Origin: Epiperipatus broadwayi
Lineage: Eukaryota; Animalia; Onychophora
Assembly: GCA_028023455.1 (NCBI GenBank)
Contig: JAQFVV010000002.1
Coordinates: forward strand, 12,090,001-12,154,000
Length of the DNA: 64,000 nucleotides
Direction of reading: 5' to 3'
The notes under the pieces were generated by a model. The model made no database searches. It was not told the DNA's origin and saw only the letters and a program-made list of their open reading frames with translations. A program made the position numbers and the translations under genes. The stretch's first letter is position 1, and every line of letters starts with the position of its first letter. This document shows, piece after piece, positions 51,563 through 63,671 of this stretch.

Positions 51563-51936
51563 TAATATACATGTAAATGGAAAAATGTGGGTGATTTAGT
51601 CTGTAAATTATGTAAGGAAGGAATAGAAAATATTAGGCATCTGTTAATTGAATGTAAATGCTTGAAAACAGAAAGGGCACATATAATGAAGTTATGGAAG
51701 AATAAATATGAAAAAAGTAATTATACAGAAAGTGAATTATTGGTTTTTATGCTGGATTTGGGAAAAGATAAGGGGGATTTAGATATAAAGGCCATAGAGT
51801 TGACAAAGATTATGTTGTGGAAATAGGATGGAGCAGAATATGGGAAAACTTAGACTGGAGAATGTAAAATAAAGTAGCTAACAGGTTTCTCTGGGCATAA
51901 TTGCTGAGAGATTCTTGACTTCGTTTAAGGAGAAGT
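51563..51936 (+). mobile_element. LINE 3' end with C-terminal CCHC zinc finger
   Basis: CKLCKEGIENIRHLLIEC (C-x2-C-x8-H-x4-C); 3' UTR shared with 7601-7890 and 56360-56790. Confidence 0.85.
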
Positions 51937-52764
51937 TTGATTAATATAAATTTATATTAGCTGTTGTTTAAGAATTTTATTATTTATTATAATTTTAGAA
52001 ATACATAGTGAATGAAGAATAAGCTATTGATAGATTTTCAGCAAAATAATTCAGATTCAGATTTTCTTGTCAAAGACATGTTCGGCTAAAAAAAGATACT
52101 TTTGCTTAATTTAATATTTATTAAAAAAGAATTTAATATGCAATTACTATTTGTTCAGTTTACTAATTACACATAAATAGTTAATATTTTTTATGTTCAG
52201 CATAAATGTATCTGTTAACATTGCCAGACTTCACTAAATATTTTGGTTTGTTTGCTGCTTATTTTCATGACAATTTCATTTAAATTAGCCATTTTAATTG
52301 ACAGAAATTATGTGGATTTTAATATAAGATCAATAAAATTCTTAGTTTTTCTAATTAAAAAAAAGTATACAATCATGACAAAAAGAAATGATTTTCATTC
52401 ATGAAATTTATTAAGATTGTTGGTACTTTAACTTTTTTTTTAGCTAAAATGTCCTGAAAGCTGACTTTGGAATTAATTTCTTCTCTAACTTATAAGATAT
52501 TTTTTATGTTGCATGTTAGTATTTTCTTCCTTTTAATGTATCATTTAGAAAGATTTTTTTTCTTGGATGAATCTGAATTGGTCAGTACAAAAAAACATAA
52601 AATATGATATAACATTATTGATGAATAAGAAATCACATACCTATAGCCACTGAACCCATTTTTTCCTTTAATGTTTATTTAAAAAATTATATAACTGGTC
52701 TTGCATGGAACACACTGTCTGAAATATATATAACTAGTCAAAAAGTAAGCTTATATAATTTCAG

Positions 52765-52827
52765 AGCTTAAAGAGAGTGGTACCAGCCTCTCTTCCATTG
52801 TTTTGATGTTGCAGAACTTAATGGGAG
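52765..52827 (+). CDS. Candidate coding exon (63 nt, phase 1-1), protein unidentified
   Basis: TATATAATTTCAG acceptor, GAG/GTAGTT donor, frame xLKESGTSLSSIVLMLQNLMG; locally GC-richer. Confidence 0.35.
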
Positions 52828-53961
52828 GTAGTTATTTACATTTTAATTACAGATATTTAAACAAAATTATGATTCTTTATTACTGCAAATATATATAATC
52901 TTTCAAAATCAATTGTAAATGAAGCCCCTCCCCCCCATTCACGATTCATCCAATAGAATAGCAGTGATAATGAAGTATTATTTACTAGAGTTCCTCTTTG
53001 AAAGACAGTTAAAGATGCCTTTGCTCTAAAATAGATTACTTAAAGAGTGATTTTCCCAACATTAAAAACTTAGATATAATTCATGTACATATATAATATA
53101 TATGTGCTAAAATTAAATATTTTGACATATAAAGTAAACTCTTAACTTGGGTAAAAAACATTAGGTTGTAAGAATTCATTTCAAAGAAAAACAGAATATT
53201 AAAAGAATATTGATGTTTCATTTCAATAGAAACTACTACTATTTTCTTTCTTTGTAGTTGTCATATGATATCATTGGAAAGTACTGTAAAATCTTTTAAC
53301 TAGAATAAGCTTAAATCACATGAAAATCAGCAAGAATCACGAACATTAAAATCTTTTAAATACTAAAAATATATATATTTATAGTTTTAAATATTAATAT
53401 AGTTGATATAAAAATATATGTCTAAATATTATTATAACAATGGTGTGTCAGTAGATATTTTGTTTACAAGATTCTTTGACAAATAAACGTATATACAGTA
53501 TGGTCCAAAAAATGTATTCACATTTGATAAAATAACTTCCTATTTCAATAAACAATCTATTTATATATAAAAAAAGTTAACTTCCTACTATTTATAAAAA
53601 AAAAAAAAAAAATTTTTTTTTTTTCAACAAAAAAATATTGGACACTATAAAAAACATTTTAAATGGCCACTTTCAAGAAGATGTGTAAAAAAAGAATTGC
53701 AAAGCATTTTTAAAGATTATTTTATTTAAGTTCATTAAATTTGTATAAGCTTTTGGTGATTTTTTTTTTTTGGTTAGTATGTCTGGAACAATTCTTGTAA
53801 CTCAATTTTGGATATATTTCTGAAGTACTAATCTAATTGAAATTTTGTGTTTGTATGTGTTCCAATGACAATACATTTTTTTTAAAGAACCTACAAACAA
53901 TTTTAGTAAAAAAAATATTTTTTTCAAAATATTATATGTGATGTTGATGCTAATATATTCA

Positions 53962-54627
53962 TTGTTAATTTTCATTTACCATTGTCAAATTCCCTCCACT
54001 CACAACTTTGATGTCATCCATTTCAGATAAATACATTTAATAATTATTACTAATCATTTTCAAAACTAGAGATTATCTCTAGCACAGATATAAAATTTAA
54101 ACCTTAGTTAAAGATTAATATATCTGATTTTTTTAAAATTTACACACGAGTTATTCACCTTTCTCTGTACCATATGTAATATCTTTATAGATATAATAAA
54201 CACCTCCATACTTTCCCCTTCTTTTTAAATTCATATAAATAAAGATATAATAAAAGACCAATGACCCCAAGATGCATTTCATGCTGAACCAGCACTCATC
54301 AGTTGGCCCAGGTCACTATCTCTCATATATATCTCTATTATATGCAAAGTATTCATCTAGAGTAAATTGTTAAATTTTCATTTACCATTGTCAAATTCCC
54401 TCCACTCACAACTTTTATACCATCCATTTCAGATAAATACAATAATGATTATTACTAATCATTTTTGAAACTAGAGATTATCTCTAGCACAGATATAAAC
54501 TTGGGACAACTGATAAGTGCTGGTTCAGCATGAAATGCATCTTGGGGGTCATTTGTCTTTTATTATATCTTTATTTATATGAATTTAAAAAGAATGGGGA
54601 AGTATGGAGGTGTTTATTATATCTATA
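53962..54627. mobile_element. Family B-related HHR element: ~405 bp unit, partial second unit and an inverted arm
   Basis: ATTGTTA at 53961 and 54366; about 54186-54310 is inverted at about 54502-54627; TSD CTAATATATTCA at 53950-53961 and 54628-54639. Confidence 0.85.
54261..54316 (-). ncRNA. Hammerhead ribozyme, family B, best-preserved copy (G8A mutant partner at 54502-54552 plus)
   Basis: GTGACC TGGG CCAA CTGATGA GTGCT GGTTC AGCAT GAAA TGCA TC TTGG GGTCAT. Confidence 0.9.
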
Positions 54628-56299
54628 CTAATATATTCAATGGCAGTTTTTGTAATTTGAAACTGAATCATTTGTTGAAAACTGATTTGAATAATTCAGT
54701 TATATACACAAAACTATGAAGTAGAAAATAAAAAAATATATATATATTTTTAAGAAAATGCTTTTATTCACAGAAATGTACTAAGAATAAAAAATACATT
54801 TTCTTCAACTTTCACAAATAAAAGCATGGAGTATACTTTCTATCAACTTTTAAGGGATTCTCATAAAAATTACAACTTCACACTTTTAATTTAATATCCA
54901 TTGTTGCTTGTCTGCTGCATATATAAAAAATATTTTTAATTTTTATAGACCTATTTTGATGAATAGATTAACACTGATAAAAGAAAGTGAGTATTATTTG
55001 CAAGTTTATTTATGATTCTTTGGAAATCTGATTTGTGAATTGTTGTAGCTTATTTAAAGGTTTGTTAAAATCATTAGATTCTAATTTCTATTTATATAAA
55101 GTATAACAAAAAAAGTTGTTTGTGAAAGATGGTTTTATTTTTTTTCCACCGGTGCATTTAAACAAATAAGAGTATTTCCTTAAAAAAAAAAAAATTTTCA
55201 TTACATTTTAAATACCTTTTACCCTAAAAAATAATACTAATACTAATATGTACATGATTAATCATAGATATTTCAAGTTTTGGTCTAATAGATTACAAAT
55301 AAATGTTTCACATTTTTAGTAGCAATTGAGGATTCAAGGTAATCTATTCAAAAATGATCCTAAAATTCATTGATAATAGTGGACATTTTAAATATGTGTA
55401 AAAAGAGATGCTTCATTAAATTACACGTATATATCAAGCATTTAAAGTAAAAAAAATGCAATAACCTTTATATGCAATTTTATTGTTTAAATGCTTTTTA
55501 AATATTTCCAATTATATTAGCAAGTAAGATAACTTAAAACATCATGCATGAAAAGCAGAAATACATTCTGATTGTTCTATTCCAGAATATCAACTGTAAA
55601 GCAGAGGAAGTCATGTAATGTTCTGATTGATATAAAATAACATATAGTTCTGTTTTTCTAATTTTTTAGCAATAACTAATGCAGTACTTAAATTTATATC
55701 AAAAAGCCTTCTTTACGACTACTATATTAGTAGATAAAAATTATAGACAAAAACTAATACAAAAACAATTACTAAAAAAGTAATAATAAAATAACTACTA
55801 AATAATTAATCAAATACTGTATAATATTTATACTGTTTTTCTATTAATTTTAATAAGCCTTTAAATAAGACATAGCTATTAAATATGTAACATTGAAAAT
55901 ATACAAACTTATTCACAGACAACTAAGTTAAATATGTTCACTAATTAGATTCCCAAAGAATCCTTTTTAAAAAACTTGCAAACACTTTCTAATCGATGAA
56001 CTGACATTAGTATAGAAAAATGATAAGATTCATAATATGGAAGAACCATTGATAAAATTACAAATAAAGTTAGTAAGAGTAGAGCAAATACAATTCACAA
56101 ACCTGAAAGTACAGGAGATTGAATGTGAAAGGGTAAAAAACTTGCAAACACTTTCTAATCAATGAATTGACATTAGTCACTATGAGGGTCAAATATCCAA
56201 TATAATTTATTTGTCCATAATGTTGTCACAAACACATAAATAAATAATCAATCAAACAAGATTGAAGTAAACAACTATTAATAAGTATATTTAAATATT

Positions 56300-56341
56300 T
56301 ATCAAACTGGCTTTCATCTCCATTGAGACTTTCTCAAGATA
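56300..56341 (-). ncRNA. Hammerhead ribozyme, family D (U3-A8 core), in the left arm of the inverted repeat about 56230-56360 / 58654-58774
   Basis: TATC TTGAGAA A GTCTC AATG GAGAT GAAA GCCAGT T T GATA. Confidence 0.65.
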
Positions 56342-56359
56342 TTATAGTACATGATTCAC

Positions 56360-56790
56360 ATGTGATGTGATGTGATGTACTGTGGCTTCTCCTTAAACGA
56401 AGTCAAGAATATCTCAGCAATTATGCCCAGATAAACCTGTTAGCCACTTTATTTTCCATTCACCATTCTAAATTTTCCCATATTCTGCTCCATCCCATTT
56501 CCACAACATAATCTTTGTCAACTCTATAGCCTTTATATTTAAATCCCCCTTATCTTTTCCCAAACCCAGCATAAAAACCAATAATTCACTTTCTGTACAA
56601 TCACTTTTTTCATATTTATTCTTCCATAAATTCATTATATGTACCCTTTCTGTTTTCAAGTATTTACATTCAATTAACAAATGCCTAATATTTTCTATTC
56701 CTTCCTTACATAATTTACAAAATAAATCACCCATATTTTTCCATTTACATGTATATTCTCTTGTAGCTAAAGATCCTGTTCGAGCCTTAA
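56360..56790 (-). mobile_element. LINE 3' end with CCHC finger and (CATCA)n tail
   Basis: KARTGSLATREYTCKWKNMGDLFCKLCKEGIENIRHLLIEC. Confidence 0.85.
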
Positions 56791-56799
56791 AAAATAATA

Positions 56800-57180
56800 A
56801 TAATAATAATATATAATATCATCTGGTATTCCATAACGGAAGTAAAATTACAACAATAACATAAAACTTCAGTAAAATAGGATAAAACCCTCATATATAT
56901 ACATCCAATACAACATTGCCAAATTGACTACATAACAATATAATATATAAAACAAATAATACATATATTATATTATACAACTTTATATATATTGTTTTAT
57001 ATAATTTTCTATTTATTTCCAATTGACCAATTGTTAATTTAATTTATTGAAGTTTTGTTAATATGTATACAATTATTTAAGCTATTTTAAATGTAATATG
57101 TTTCACATATTTGTCTTCTCTTTGGATCGTTAATGTAATTTATTAATGGTTAAATATTTTTTGTAGCATTTATTTTATGT
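56800..57180 (-). mobile_element. Penelope-like endonuclease C-terminus and 3' region, homologous to 51220-51560
   Basis: Shared AAGAGAAGACAAATATRTGAAACATATTACATT, TGGTCAATTGGAA and CAATATATATAAAGTTGTATAAT. Confidence 0.7.
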
Positions 57181-57184
57181 CAAA

Positions 57185-57700
57185 TTTTCCAATCCCTCTT
57201 ATCACAATTTTTCCATATTTCTCTAAACTCACATGTCAAATTTTACAATCTTTTTTATTCCTTTTTATTAATCCAAATCTCCATTATAGACAAAATATTC
57301 AACAACTTTTTTCTGAAATCCAACTTTAATGAATGATAAAACCCTATTCTTTTATAAATCTGTTTCGGTATTGCAATTCTTCTATATTATTGTTATCTTT
57401 ATTTCCATCATCAGATAATCAAGCATTTAAATACTTAAAAAAACACCAATATGTATTACTTTCTGCCAACTATCATTCTTAAATTTTTAATCATTTTTAT
57501 CTAAGACAGTGTTTTAGACTTATTTTCATTTCAAAATTTACATAAATGTCATTAATTCTATTTAACATTAAGTTCATTCTCATTATCTACATGCATTTCC
57601 ATACAATCAGCAAAACAGATATAATGATCTTTGCTATCACAAATACTTTCTATTCTCATTAAAATTACATCATTGACCTGTGACTTCATCTAAATAAACG
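57185..57700 (-). mobile_element. RTE-type LINE RT fragment, decayed
   Basis: YICFADCM; FKYLNA*LSDDG; KFDM*V*RK resembles AFEMW.WRRM. Confidence 0.6.
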
Positions 57701-57903
57701 TCTTATATTTCTTTTCTGTAAAGACTATTTAAAATATTTTACTTCCTCAACATAAGTAACCCCATTAACTTCATCAAAAGTCTTTATAGGATCAATGAAA
57801 ATATTATCTTCCATTCCTACTCCTACAGATGTTTAAACAATACTCTTTGTGATTAATACTTTAAAAATCCAAACTGATTTTTAGATGTCTACATGTGTGA
57901 CCT

Positions 57904-58649
57904 AATTAACAATATTCACTCCATCTACTGGACACTACTTACATTACATTTCCTTTTAACATGCATTCATATATTATAAATAAATAAATAAATTTAACAT
58001 ATTATACATCTAAAAAAAAAAAATTACAATATTTCCCCCCAAAAAATAATAAAATAAATAAATTGGTATTTACATATTTACAACCATTTCCTACACTTTC
58101 CAATTGTTTAATAAGGTCCATTTCCCACCCAATTTAGCTGGACCTTTTACTATATTTACACATTTGTCCAAGTTTTCTTGAATATATAATGTTTCACAAT
58201 ATATTCCTTTATGGTCATATTTGCATTATTTGGATACAGGGCATAAAATGAAGTGTGAGGAAAATATGTGTTATTAAGTATGTGAAGAATTACCATAAAA
58301 GAATATATTGTGAAACATTATATATTCAAGAAAACTTGGACAAATGTGTAAATATAGTAAAAGGTCCAGCTAAATTGGGTGGGAAATGGGCTTTATTAAA
58401 CAATTGGAAAGTGTAGGAAATGTTTGTAAATATGTAAATACCAATTTATTTATTTTTTAATTTTTTTTATTTTTTAAGAGATGTAAAATATATACTTAAT
58501 TATTATTTTTTGGGGGGAAATATTGTAAAAAAAAATTTTTCCAATGTATAATATGTTAAATTTATTTATTTATTTATAATATATGGATGCATGTTAAAAG
58601 GAAATGTAATGTAAATAGTGTCCAGTAGATGGAGTGAATATTGTTAATT
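57904..58649. repeat. Long palindrome (arms about 310 and 358 bp, 76 nt spacer)
   Basis: 57904-58215 is the reverse complement of 58292-58649; the right arm has a small insertion. Confidence 0.95.
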
Positions 58650-58673
58650 GATTATGTGAATCATGTACTATAA

Positions 58674-58715
58674 TATATTGAGAAGGTCTCAATGGAGATG
58701 AAAGCCGGTTTGATA
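58674..58715 (+). ncRNA. Hammerhead ribozyme, family D (U3-A8 core), right arm
   Basis: TATA TTGAGAA G GTCTC AATG GAGAT GAAA GCCGGT T T GATA. Confidence 0.65.
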
Positions 58716-59347
58716 AATATTTAAATATACTTATTAATAGTTGTTTACTTCAATCTTGTTTGATTGATTATTTATTGACATTAGTATAGGAAAGTGGGAA
58801 TTGTTTATAAATTTATTAAAAATGATACTTTAGGAATATTATTTGTGAATAAAAGAAATATATCCAGATTTAGTTGATCCATGAATAAATTTATATACCA
58901 CTATAAAATTAAATTGAAGTGTGCAAAAGTAAAAATTCTAAATCATGATATTAATATCAAACAATTATGTAAATTAGTAACTCCAAATACTGATATCAAA
59001 CAATTATATAAATTAGAAATTCCCAAATTCTTACCTACAAATTTTCTGAAACTGAAATCAAATTATTATTAGTAATGGTAGTAGAAATAACAGTAGTAAT
59101 AGCAGCAGTAGTAATAATAATAAAATAATTCAGCCACTAGAGGGTGAGCCTTTAAATATAGTGTATATTGGTGGAAATTTATGCTAATTTTATAACCTAA
59201 GCAGCATTACTTTTACTACCAAACAAGCTTCATTTTAATAATAAACCTACAATAAAACAATCTATAAGACTAAAATTTGTAAATAATGGCAAATAAAAAA
59301 TACTCCAGTTGGAATGTTCATACAATGCGCCAGTAACTATGGACTTC

Positions 59348-62300
59348 ATGACTGATCGCAACAAGACTTCATATGCTGAAGTCACAAAAACTTTCAGCTC
59401 TGTGTTGAATCAAAACATCAAAAATTAAAGCAATAGAAAACAAAAATTAACTCCAACTCCAGATTTCACTGATCCACTGTTAGCATCTTTTGAACAAATT
59501 TATTTTTCATTAATTTAGATATCCTGATAGCAGTAACACAAGATTAGAACAATGAAAGTCTACAAAAATAACAGAACTATTTAACTGCACCATCCCAAAT
59601 GTCTACTACTCTTTCAAGTGATTCTTTACTAACCAATCACTAATCTTAGTGGTTACAAACAGGTTTTGTTCTTTATATTAGCAAATTAAACAAGTAAGAT
59701 TCAATCTCACATATTGCAGACCACATTAATCTCAGCTACTTAATTTTGAAATTTAAAACTGAAGAACAAAAGAAATAATTTCAAGAAATAGCAAAAATAT
59801 TAGACAATTATGTTCCTATACTAATAAACTTTAATGGGGATAATACTATTATGAGAGTGTAAAAAAACACCTATCTAAATTATACCATAGAATATTTTAC
59901 TAAAGTGATGGCTCTAAAACCGAGACTGACTTTCAATCTGTTTTACTAAATAACACACCCATCCCAATCTATAATAGTAGCTTTTGTTTCAAACTAAAAC
60001 TGCAAAATAATGTTATTTCAGCAGACATATCTTCACAAATCACTGATCGAAAAGCAATGCTTTTTTTTTAACAATTCATGGATTAAAACCACAGTGCTGC
60101 CTTTGCAAAGAACTAAGGTATCTCATTTGCAATTGCCCTAAGTTCCACTGCTTACAATACCAACAGAGAATCGCATCTGGATCAATGCTTAACACAAAAA
60201 TAAAATATACTTGATACTAATACATAATTAAACAATACTGATAAACTTATTATAAACAACCCAATAATCAATACAGAATATGGCAACATTATAAACAAAA
60301 TAGCTCCAAACATAATGGACATCCTCAGCAACACACACACGTACCCAATCAAAATCAGCAACTCAAAGCAAACATAAGTTGGTTTGACCCCTGAGAAAAA
60401 CAGTAAGATACCTGACTTGGAAATCGAAGTGAAAATGATGATTTTAATCTTGATAGTGACAATATTAAAAAAGTTAAAACTGCCATTGATGTTAAAAACT
60501 GGACTCTTAGTTCTACCACAAAAGATCCTAGCTGCACAGAGGAGGTGGGTCATGTATACATTGCCCTCAAAATAATCAGCTCAGAAATCAATGCAAAGGA
60601 TAACTGATTTAAGGTGAATAGTTCTACAAACTAATTCAATTTAGCAACTCCTTTTAAAATTAAACTCAAGCAATTATTTAAAGTTCACTGTTTACATTGT
60701 TTCATATACACATTAGATAGGTTTATAGATAGGCATAATAACAATGCAATTTAAAATAGAAGTTTTTAATATTAGAGATCTAAGCTCTGTAAGATAAATT
60801 TATCAGCTAGCGAGATGGCTTGACATTATTCAGTCACATTTACTCCCTTTGCTAGAAACCCAAAATTACAGTGTCTCATCAATACACCTGAGCAATTAAA
60901 AAAGTTTCTGTCACTTTTGACAGATTCATACACATACTTCGCAAGAACAAGTATTATAGTAAATAAAAAAAATTGATTTATAGCTTTAATTTACTATTTA
61001 TCAATACATATATGTTATCATAACTCTCTGTAACAAAGCATTCATAATAACTGGTATTTCTTTACATATCCCCTGGTCTAACGATAAACAACAAAATCAT
61101 TCCAATTTTAAGTGCAAAGTGTGATGCCTCACTCCACCTTACTGCTTGGGGATTTCAATATATCCTATAATAAACTTATTACCAAATAGTTACACAACTC
61201 AACATTTCAGCTAATGAATGGCAAAGACGTCCTTTCAAATGGCTCTTTCTTCAACAATAGCAGATACTCATCATTAATTGACTTGATATTTTATTCCCCA
61301 CCCTCACTTTATATCACTTAATTAATTTCTCACTAATAAATTCATCTATTTCTAATCATACTGTACTGGGACTAACTAATTAATGCAGCCAAAATTAAAC
61401 ATATATTACTTCAATCACACACACCTGAGTTTCTATACTCAGAAATATATATTTACATTTGTAAAATTTGAAATTTTTCAGAGACCCAGTTCAAGAGTGG
61501 CTTGCTTTTGTAAACACAATAGACCACACTAATCATTTACATCACAAGAATCATCCCCCCCCATGTGCAGGGTTTCTTAGTCTCATGCACAAGCTCCATA
61601 AATCATTAACCTCCTAATTAACCACTGAATAAAATTGTACTCAAAAATGCATCAAAATCAGCTAACTATACACTCAAAGAATATCTAGCCACAAAAAGAA
61701 AAGCAATATACCAGATGGGCCTCAGCTACATATGTGTCCCCACTGCCCTCAAATCTCAAGATATTACTTTGTATAGTGAATATATGCTTAAGACAATTGC
61801 TTTTCAGTACAAAAACAAACTACAAGAAGAGAAAGCTGCCAACTCCTTCCTTTCAATTCTTGGGCAGCTTTAAAGAACATATCTCATTCATAGCTGTCAA
61901 GAACTCCCCCCCCCCCAAAAAAAAAGCACAATATCAGATTCATGTCATTCAGGCATCCATGGTACACCATAAACAATTTTTTCCTGGTTACACTACTGTA
62001 CAATTCAGTATATAGAAAATTTAACCAACTTTCTATTGGAAAAAAATATATTCAAAACTCAAAGTTTATGTCCAATCTCTTTAATTTATCTCAATGAGTC
62101 CTTTTGCCATCAAAATCCTAGAATCCATACTAAAAGATAAAATAGAACCATTCATACTATCTCTACTATCCAAATTCTTATTTGCAAAAAAAGATTGTCT
62201 ATTACTCAAGCAGCTTCCACTTTACAACAATCATAGACACAAAAATAAATAAATAAAAAAAATACAGCCCTATAGTAGTAAAACTAGATGTCAATTGGCC

Positions 62301-63670
62301 TTTGACTCAGTACCATTAGATAAACTATCTAGCTCACTCATAGAAACTAAAATCCCAAAGCTTACTTATGTCTATCTTTTAACAAATCTTTTGCTAAGTA
62401 GAGAAATCTATATACCATCAATGGGAAAACACCCCCTTCCCCTATTGTTCTGTATTGATAAGGATAAACCCTAATCTCACTTTTATTTACCTCTATATTA
62501 ACACATTAACCAAAGGAATTGAAACCAATTATTAGGAATAGTAATACCATAGCTAAATATAACATCTCATGCATTGCCTGCAGGAGTGATCTCTCCATAT
62601 TCTTAACCAATTTAAACCAATTACCACAACGACTCAATATTATCATTAACTTTAGTAATCAATTCAAACTGGATTTTAATTTGGAGAAATCATGTACCTG
62701 GAAAATCTATTCCGATAACTGTCTAAAGAAAATATTCAAAGAGACACCCAAATTTTTTCTAGGTTTTTCATTTTATCTCACCAAATATGCAATTCACATA
62801 TAAATACAAGAGATACTCATAAAGAATATACAACAGATCATTCAGCCACGTTCAAAAGCTAATCTAGGGCTTTATGCAAAAACTTTTTTATTTAGCATAA
62901 TAGCCCTGCTATAATCCCATTATAATTTTCCCAAAAATTTATCAGGCATGTATACACTGTGTCCAGTCAACTACTCTGGAATAAAAAAACAGGAACAATC
63001 TCAATTAAAAATGTTCCAATGCATACACAATGGACTTGGACTATATAATCTTCATATATTTACAAAAAAAAAATGTCAATGCAATCTCTGCAGTTGTGAA
63101 GAATCTTTCAAATTTCATGCATGCTTTTAAAACCACATCAGCTAACTGGTCAACCTTCCCACAGTGGCTATTGAAAGGTTATAATTGAGCCTCTACTTAA
63201 ATATTCAAACATTCCAATTCTGCCCTACTAAAAATAATACATTTTGGGGGATTCTATTTTCATCTCTATGCCACCACAGCTCCCATATAAGAAACCAAAT
63301 TATACATCAAAAACAAGAAATTCTGCCAAAAATATAAACACTGGTCACTAGAACCAAAGTACTTTGACTTTCTACTGAAATCAAACTTAAAAGCTCTATC
63401 CATCCTACATTTTCTAAAATGTAAAAGAACCCATGAAAATGCAAAAGATTAATGTAATGCTATGACATGAGACATCAGAAACACAGTACCATATTTTCAT
63501 ATTTTATCCAAAGTCGATAACATCTGTAACCTTATTCCAGTAATATCAAAAAAAACCAATGACTTAAATGTTAATCACAATCCAAAATCCTTTGAAAAGG
63601 GATCTTTCCTAAGCATATGAGGTTATATTCATATTATACACTTTTTGGTGCACAAAATGCATTTTCATCA
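59348..63670 (+). mobile_element. Nearly full-length decayed L1/Tx1-type LINE (ORF1, AP endonuclease, RT, C-terminus)
   Basis: MTDRNKTSYAEV (ORF1-like); LLGDFN and TIDH (EN); LDVNW.FDSVP; NGLGLYNL; FWCTKC, collinear with the 14 kb and 18 kb copies. Confidence 0.8.
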
Positions 63671-63671
63671 A

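Noticed and set aside
58280-58325. GTGAAGA...GAAACATT in the 58 kb palindrome
   Set aside because: G3/G8 cannot pair and stem II does not fold.
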